DNA of 33,060 bases from NCBI RefSeq assembly GCF_003334315.1, contig NZ_QOWR01000052.1, one strand, 5' to 3'. Made by a program: the position numbers and the translations under genes. Source of the stretch: Escherichia coli. Lineage in GTDB: Bacteria > Pseudomonadota > Gammaproteobacteria > Enterobacterales > Enterobacteriaceae. The notes beneath the pieces are model-generated. The model was not told the origin of the DNA and did no database searches. It saw only the letters and a program-made list of their open reading frames with translations. Shown here piece by piece: positions 27,451 through 33,060 of the stretch; within the stretch, counting starts at the first letter, position 1, and the number at the start of each line of letters is the position of its first letter.

Positions 27451-29280
27451 CTACTCTTCGTCATCGCCATCAACATGCGCACGAATCAGCGCCATAAACG
27501 GTTTGCCAAAGCGTTCCAGCTTGCGCATCCCAACGCCGTTAACGCTGAGCATTTCGCTGGCGGTGATCGGCATCTGTTCAGCCATCTCAATCAAGGTTGC
27601 GTCGTTAAACACCACGTACGGCGGGACATTACTTTCATCGGCTATCGATTTACGCAGTTTGCGTAATTTGGCGAACAGTTTGCGATCATAGTTGCCGCCG
27701 AACGATTTCTGCATCGCTTTCGGTTTGAGCGCCACGATACGCGGCACGGCAAGTTGCAAAGAGGATTCGCCGCGCAGCACCGGGCGCGCGGCCTCTGTCA
27801 GTTGTAGGGCAGAATGCTGGGCAATATTTTGCGTCACCAGGCCGAGGTGAATCAGCTGGCGGATCACGCTCACCCAATGTTCATGGCTTTTATCACGGCC
27901 CATGCCATAGACTTTCAGTTTGTCATGACCATAGTCGCGGATACGCTGGTTATTAGCACCACGAATCACTTCCACCACATAACCCATCCCAAACCGCTGA
28001 TTCACACGACCAATGGTGGAAAGGGCAATCTGAGCATCGGTTGAACCGTCGTACTGTTTCGGCGGATCGAGGCAGATATCGCAGTTCCCGCACGGCTCCT
28101 GACGCCCTTCGCCAAAATAGTTCAGCAATACCAGACGACGGCAAGTTTGCGCTTCGGCAAACGCGCCCATCGCATTGAGTTTGTGGCGCTCGATATCCTG
28201 CAACTGCCCCTGCGGCTTCTCTTCCAGACAACGGCGCAGCCACGCCATATCAGCCGGATCGTAAAACAGCATCGCTTCCGCGGGCAGGCCATCACGCCCG
28301 GCGCGTCCGGTTTCCTGATAATAGGATTCGATATTGCGCGGAATATCAAAGTGGACCACGAAGCGAACGTTTGGTTTATTGATGCCCATGCCGAACGCCA
28401 CCGTCGCCACCACAATTTGCAGGTCATCGCGCTGGAATTTTTCCTGCACATCGGCGCGAACATTATTTTCCAGCCCGGCATGATAGGCCGCCGCGCTAAT
28501 TCCCTTGCTTTGCAGGCGCGCAGCGGTGTCTTCTACTTTCGCGCGGCTGTTGCAGTAGATAATGCCTGACTTACCGCGCTGTTCCTGCACGTAGCGCATC
28601 AACTGATCGAGCGGTTTGAACTTCTCCATCAGCATGTAGCGAATATTCGGACGGTCAAAACTGCTGATTTGAATCAGCGGATCGTTCAGCCCCAGCAGGC
28701 GCACGATATCCTGGCGCGTGGTGTCGTCGGCTGTGGCGGTCAGCGCCATAAACGGCAGCGTCGGGAACCGCTGGCGCAACTGACCGAGCGCGGCATATTC
28801 CGGGCGGAAATCGTGGCCCCATTGGGAGATACAGTGCGCTTCATCGACGGCTAATAACACCGGATTCCAGTGCGCCAGATGCTCAAGAAAGTTATCCAGC
28901 ATCAGGCGTTCCGGGGCGATATACAGTAAGCGAATTTGCCCGGTGCGGCAGCCTGTCATCACTTCAAGTTGCTGTTCGCGGGTTTGCGTCGAGTTAAGGC
29001 ACGCCGCCGCCACGCCGTTGGCTTGCAGTTGATCCACCTGATCTTTCATCAACGAAATCAGCGGTGAAACAACCACGGTAAGGCCGTTTAGCAATAAGGC
29101 AGGAATTTGATAGCAAAGGGATTTTCCGCCACCGGTGGGCATGACGACCAGGCAATCGCGACCGGAAAGCACAGTGTCGATAATTTCTTCCTGGCCGGGG
29201 CGAAACTGTTGGTAGCCAAAGGTTTCTTGTAAAACCTGTTTAGCTCCGGACTCCAGATTCAACACTTCCGCCTGCGCCAC
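27451..29280 (-). CDS. recQ: ATP-dependent DNA helicase RecQ
   Basis: ORF with GTG start at 29280 ([34 protein letters not shown]..., 609 aa); the six-frame track uses an in-frame GTG two codons upstream (29286). DEAH helicase core plus zinc-binding and HRDC regions. Confidence 0.92.
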
Positions 29281-29298
29281 ATTCACCCCGATTGCCTG

Positions 29299-29329
29299 AA
29301 ATAAAAACAGGCGCTATTTTCAGCGCCTG
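29299..29329 (-). terminator. Rho-independent terminator of pldA, immediately upstream of the recQ start
   Basis: On the minus strand, stem CAGGCGCT / AGCGCCTG with loop GAAAAT followed by TTTTTATTTC. Confidence 0.65.
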
Positions 29330-29412
29330 CGCGAGAAACTGCAATGCTTTTAGTCTCTGAGAGGGTAATCCTGGATGCTGGGTTCCAGATTTGCCAACCA
29401 CTCAACCGTTCA

Positions 29413-30282
29413 TCAAAACAAATCGTTTAGCATAACCCCCACACCGACACGGGTCTGGTTGAAGTTATAGTCGATGAGCGATTCGCCATAGCCGCTGTAA
29501 ACCTGAGTATAAAGGCGCACATGTTTGGTGATCGGGTAACTTAAGCCTAACTCCGCGCCGCCGTAGCCGGTGTTCCAGTTGTACTGTCCTTTCGCACTGA
29601 GCACCGCATCACCGAGGTGATAGCCGATTTTAAGCTGGTAGTAACCCATATATTTGGTGATATCCGGGTTATCGTCAGTATTACCCACCACATACCACGG
29701 CTTCACTTCTACCAGCCAGTTACCGTTTTCTGCCATCAGGCGAGTATAAAGGCGGTTCCAGCTGCGGGAGGTCGGGTCGGAACGCCCGTTAGAGTCGTGG
29801 TTATACCCCATCTCCACATCGCGCAGCGTCCAACCTGCAAAACGGTAATCGGTGGCAAAACCGAGGAACAATTGCGGTTCGTAGTTGGTTTCACGAAACG
29901 GTGAAGACTCTTCGCTATTGGACAGTTGCCACCAGGATTTTTGCGTATAAGACGCACCCAACACCGAGTTCGGGCCTAAAATCCCACGCCACAGCGGAAA
30001 TGCCAGGCTCAACTGAAACTTTACTTCATCCTTACGCGCATTTTCCGCCCAGTCGTAACTGGCAATCGCTTCTTTATTCAGATCGCTGGTTTGGGTGTAA
30101 ATGAGGTAGTTGGTGTCATAAGGATAGAGCGTGAACGGATTGTCATGCTCCTGCAGCATATTGGCGATAATACTGCCACGCACCGCTGGCGCGTCATGCA
30201 CCTCTTTCACCGTTGCCTCTTGTGCATATACTGCCATAGGCAACATAAACACCGGCAACAACCAGCCCTGCAGAGTCCGCAT
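29413..30282 (-). CDS. pldA: outer membrane phospholipase A (PldA / OMPLA)
   Basis: 289-aa ORF MRTLQGWLLPVFMLPMAVYAQEATVKEVHDAPAVRGSIIANMLQEHDNPFTLYPYDTNYLIYTQTSDLNKEA... with signal peptide and C-terminal aromatic residue. Confidence 0.93.
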   Translation of the reverse strand: MRTLQGWLLPVFMLPMAVYAQEATVKEVHDAPAVRGSIIANMLQEHDNPFTLYPYDTNYLIYTQTSDLNKEAIASYDWAENARKDEVKFQLSLAFPLWRGILGPNSVLGASYTQKSWWQLSNSEESSPFRETNYEPQLFLGFATDYRFAGWTLRDVEMGYNHDSNGRSDPTSRSWNRLYTRLMAENGNWLVEVKPWYVVGNTDDNPDITKYMGYYQLKIGYHLGDAVLSAKGQYNWNTGYGGAELGLSYPITKHVRLYTQVYSGYGESLIDYNFNQTRVGVGVMLNDLF

Positions 30283-30446
30283 CGGTCGTGTTCTCCGTAA
30301 CGAATTATTGATAAGGTGAATATTTTTCTGCGGGCTATTTTACATACTTAACTCCATAGCCGTTAGTTATCCCTTCCTAAAGTAGAAACCAACAACAAAG
30401 AAGCATAAAATCAACATTTCATTAACCAATGAAGTGTAAGGATGAT

Positions 30447-30914
30447 ATGTCTGCCGTACTGACCGCTGAACAAGCCCTGAAATTAGTGGGTGAGATGTTT
30501 GTTTATCACATGCCATTTAACCGCGCATTGGGGATGGAACTGGAGCGTTACGAAAAAGAGTTCGCACAGCTGGCCTTTAAAAATCAGCCAATGATGGTGG
30601 GCAACTGGGCGCAAAGCATTTTGCACGGCGGGGTCATTGCGTCGGCGCTGGATGTCGCCGCCGGTCTGGTGTGCGTGGGAAGTACCTTAACCCGCCACGA
30701 AACCATCAGTGAAGATGAACTACGCCAGCGGCTATCGCGGATGGGGACCATTGATCTTCGCGTTGATTATCTGCGCCCAGGCAGGGGCGAGCGTTTTACT
30801 GCTACTAGTAGCCTGTTGCGTGCAGGCAATAAAGTCGCCGTCGCCCGCGTTGAATTACACAATGAAGAACAGCTTTATATTGCCAGTGCCACCGCCACCT
30901 ATATGGTAGGTTGA
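30447..30914 (+). CDS. yigI: hotdog-fold (PaaI-like) acyl-CoA thioesterase YigI
   Basis: [39 protein letters not shown]... (155 aa from ATG 30447); the six-frame track starts 6 codons upstream. Confidence 0.82.
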   Translation: MSAVLTAEQALKLVGEMFVYHMPFNRALGMELERYEKEFAQLAFKNQPMMVGNWAQSILHGGVIASALDVAAGLVCVGSTLTRHETISEDELRQRLSRMGTIDLRVDYLRPGRGERFTATSSLLRAGNKVAVARVELHNEEQLYIASATATYMVG

Positions 30915-30965
30915 AGACATAAAAGCAGGTAAACTGCTGTTACCAATTAAAAATGAGTATTCCCG

Positions 30966-31856
30966 ATGGATGCAAAACAAACGCGGCAGGGCGTATTACT
31001 CGCTCTTGCCGCTTATTTTATTTGGGGTATAGCGCCAGCGTACTTCAAGTTGATTTACTACGTGCCCGCCGATGAAATCCTGACGCATCGCGTGATCTGG
31101 TCGTTTTTCTTTATGGTGGTGCTGATGAGCATTTGCCGCCAGTGGTCCTATTTAAAAACGCTGATTCAGACGCCACAGAAAATTTTTATGCTGGCAGTCT
31201 CTGCCGTGCTGATTGGTGGCAACTGGCTACTGTTTATCTGGGCGGTGAACAATCACCATATGCTGGAAGCGAGCCTTGGTTACTTTATTAACCCGCTGGT
31301 GAACATTGTGCTGGGGATGATTTTCCTCGGCGAGCGATTCCGCCGGATGCAATGGCTGGCGGTGATTCTGGCGATATGTGGCGTGTTAGTCCAGCTGTGG
31401 ACTTTTGGTTCGCTACCTATTATCGCGCTGGGACTGGCATTTAGTTTTGCCTTCTACGGTCTGGTACGCAAGAAGATTGCCGTTGAAGCGCAAACCGGCA
31501 TGTTAATCGAAACCATGTGGCTGCTGCCCGTGGCGGCAATTTACCTGTTTGCTATTGCCGACAGCTCAACCAGCCATATGGGGCAAAACCCGATGTCGCT
31601 GAATTTACTGCTGATCGCCGCCGGTATTGTCACTACCGTACCGCTGTTGTGTTTTACCGCCGCTGCCACGCGCTTGCGTCTCTCAACGTTAGGCTTTTTC
31701 CAGTACATTGGCCCGACGCTGATGTTCCTGCTGGCTGTGACGTTTTATGGTGAAAAACCGGGTGCCGATAAGATGGTGACTTTCGCCTTTATTTGGGTGG
31801 CGCTGGCAATTTTTGTGATGGATGCGATTTATACGCAGCGTAGAACGTCCAAATAA
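30966..31856 (+). CDS. rarD: DMT/EamA-family inner membrane protein RarD
   Basis: 296-aa ten-TM ORF MDAKQTRQGVLLALAAYFIWGIAPAYFKLIYYVPADEILTHRVIWSFFFMVVLM... Confidence 0.9.
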   Translation: MDAKQTRQGVLLALAAYFIWGIAPAYFKLIYYVPADEILTHRVIWSFFFMVVLMSICRQWSYLKTLIQTPQKIFMLAVSAVLIGGNWLLFIWAVNNHHMLEASLGYFINPLVNIVLGMIFLGERFRRMQWLAVILAICGVLVQLWTFGSLPIIALGLAFSFAFYGLVRKKIAVEAQTGMLIETMWLLPVAAIYLFAIADSSTSHMGQNPMSLNLLLIAAGIVTTVPLLCFTAAATRLRLSTLGFFQYIGPTLMFLLAVTFYGEKPGADKMVTFAFIWVALAIFVMDAIYTQRRTSK

Positions 31857-31950
31857 AAAATAAATATATTCTGAAAAAATATGCCGACTCTTGCATGAGA
31901 GTGGGCATATTGCCATGCTGACCGGAGACTCATACAAGGATGTAAAATTT

Positions 31951-32331
31951 ATGTTACGTATATTTATCCCAACATCTAACGGTAAGATTTCCAGACGTCG
32001 TTATATATTTTCATTTATTTTAATAAATTTCATTTTTGCCTTTCTTATTATCTTTTTTAACGATGGAGAAGCAGGCTTTCTTGTTATAGTCTCTACCATC
32101 GTACTCCATTATCTCGTCATCAACATGAATTGCCAGCGACTCCGTGATAGTGGTTTCATCTATATAAAAACTTATGTTTTTGGTACATTAGCAGTATATA
32201 TCATCTCTATCATCACAATGATAGCCGAAGATTTTGCCTGTTCAGGCAATGGTTCGATGATTTTTTTGATTTGTTATTTTTCCACTTTCAGTATGCTAAT
32301 GCTTGCACCTACTGATTCATCAAAACAATAG
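31951..32331 (+). CDS. yigG: small uncharacterised inner membrane protein YigG
   Basis: [67 protein letters not shown]... (126 aa from ATG 31951; in-frame alternative starts at 31891 and 31915); lies in a visibly AT-rich stretch. Start codon uncertain. Confidence 0.65.
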
Positions 32332-32344
32332 TTATGGAGTATTT

Positions 32345-32629
32345 ATGAGTAAGGAATATATGAACGATGGTTCATTAAGTGAAAAATGGAAATACCGATT
32401 TAATTTTTATGATCAACATGGTTTTCCTGGATTCTGGGGGGCAACACCAGAATATAAAGCAGCATTTAAAGCATTAAAAGTAAGACAACGCTTAACTATT
32501 CAAATGAATTTCATTGCTTTCTTCTGTTCCTGGATATATTTATTTGTCCTGGGGTTATGGAAAAAAGCAATTATAGTTCTATTACTTGGTATTCTATCTC
32601 TATTTGTGGTAATGACTCCAACTTATTGA
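32345..32629 (+). CDS. yigF: small uncharacterised membrane protein YigF; reading frame runs into the IS1 end at 32608, so the last 7 codons and the stop come from IS1
   Basis: [53 protein letters not shown]... (94 aa here). Final codons GTG GTA ATG ACT CCA ACT TAT TGA overlap the IS1 terminal inverted repeat that begins at GGT 32608. Confidence 0.6.
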   Translation: MSKEYMNDGSLSEKWKYRFNFYDQHGFPGFWGATPEYKAAFKALKVRQRLTIQMNFIAFFCSWIYLFVLGLWKKAIIVLLLGILSLFVVMTPTY

Positions 32630-33060
32630 TAGTGTTTTATGTTCAGATAATGCCCGATGACTTTGTCATGCAGCTCCACCGATTTTGAGAACGACAGCGA
32701 CTTCCGTCCCAGCCGTGCCAGGTGCTGCCTCAGATTCAGGTTATGCCGCTCAATTCGCTGCGTATATCGCTTGCTGATTACGTGCAGCTTTCCCTTCAGG
32801 CGGGATTCATACAGCGGCCAGCCATCCGTCATCCATATCACCACGTCAAAGGGTGACAGCAGGCTCATAAGACGCCCCAGCGTCGCCATAGTGCGTTCAC
32901 CGAATACGTGCGCAACAACCGTCTTCCGGAGACTGTCATACGCGTAAAACAGCCAGCGCTGGCGCGATTTAGCCCCGACATAGCCCCACTGTTCGTCCAT
33001 TTCCGCGCAGACGATGACGTCACTGCCCGGCTGTATGCGCGAGGTTACCGACTGCGGCCT
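32608..33060 (-). mobile_element. IS1 insertion sequence, partial (right-end terminal inverted repeat and insB 3' portion; continues beyond the window)
   Basis: 32608-32652 is GGTAATGACTCCAACTTATTGATAGTGTTTTATGTTCAGATAATG, the reverse complement of the IS1 right end, followed by sequence that matches IS1 insB coding sequence as I remember it. Confidence 0.92.
32623..33060 (-). CDS. insB: IS1 transposase InsB (C-terminal part; 5' end lies beyond the window)
   Basis: Minus-strand translation ...[125 protein letters not shown] with TAA stop at 32623-32625; the frame stays open upstream to the window edge. Confidence 0.9.
   Translation of the reverse strand, partial: RPQSVTSRIQPGSDVIVCAEMDEQWGYVGAKSRQRWLFYAYDSLRKTVVAHVFGERTMATLGRLMSLLSPFDVVIWMTDGWPLYESRLKGKLHVISKRYTQRIERHNLNLRQHLARLGRKSLSFSKSVELHDKVIGHYLNIKHYQ

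Noticed and set aside
29296-29310. LexA box upstream of recQ
   Set aside because: Not called as a feature: the dyad CTG-N9-CAG has the wrong spacer length for a canonical LexA site and overlaps the pldA terminator. Kept only as a low-interest finding.
32657-32947. 96-aa plus-strand ORF inside IS1
   Set aside because: It is antisense to insB within IS1 and is not a known IS1 product.

Overview
This window is a conserved enterobacterial (Escherichia coli-type) core chromosome segment, and I found no novel defence or accessory system in it. Almost every base is accounted for by 38 protein-coding genes (37 recognisable, well-known ones plus a partial IS1 insB) with K-12-like protein sequences, in the order hemG, trkH, yigZ, pepQ, fadBA, fre, ubiD, rfaH, tatABCD, ubiB, ubiJ, ubiE, rmuC, udp, ysgA, metE, metR, yigM, yigL, pldB, rhtB, rhtC, recQ, pldA, yigI, rarD, yigG, yigF. 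Two things mark the window edges: an rrn P1-type promoter at positions 1-60 reading leftwards out of the window, and a partial inverted IS1 copy from 32608 to the right end. The IS1 end lies inside the yigF reading frame and supplies its stop codon, which is the clearest strain-specific feature. Other items worth a second look are the AT-rich yigG-yigF pair of uncharacterised small membrane proteins next to IS1, a four-unit REP/BIME cluster after fadA, and a 113-bp convergent coding overlap between metR and yigM. Gene names are recognised from the translated ORFs; no database search or computation was run, and protein lengths quoted for K-12 are from memory.
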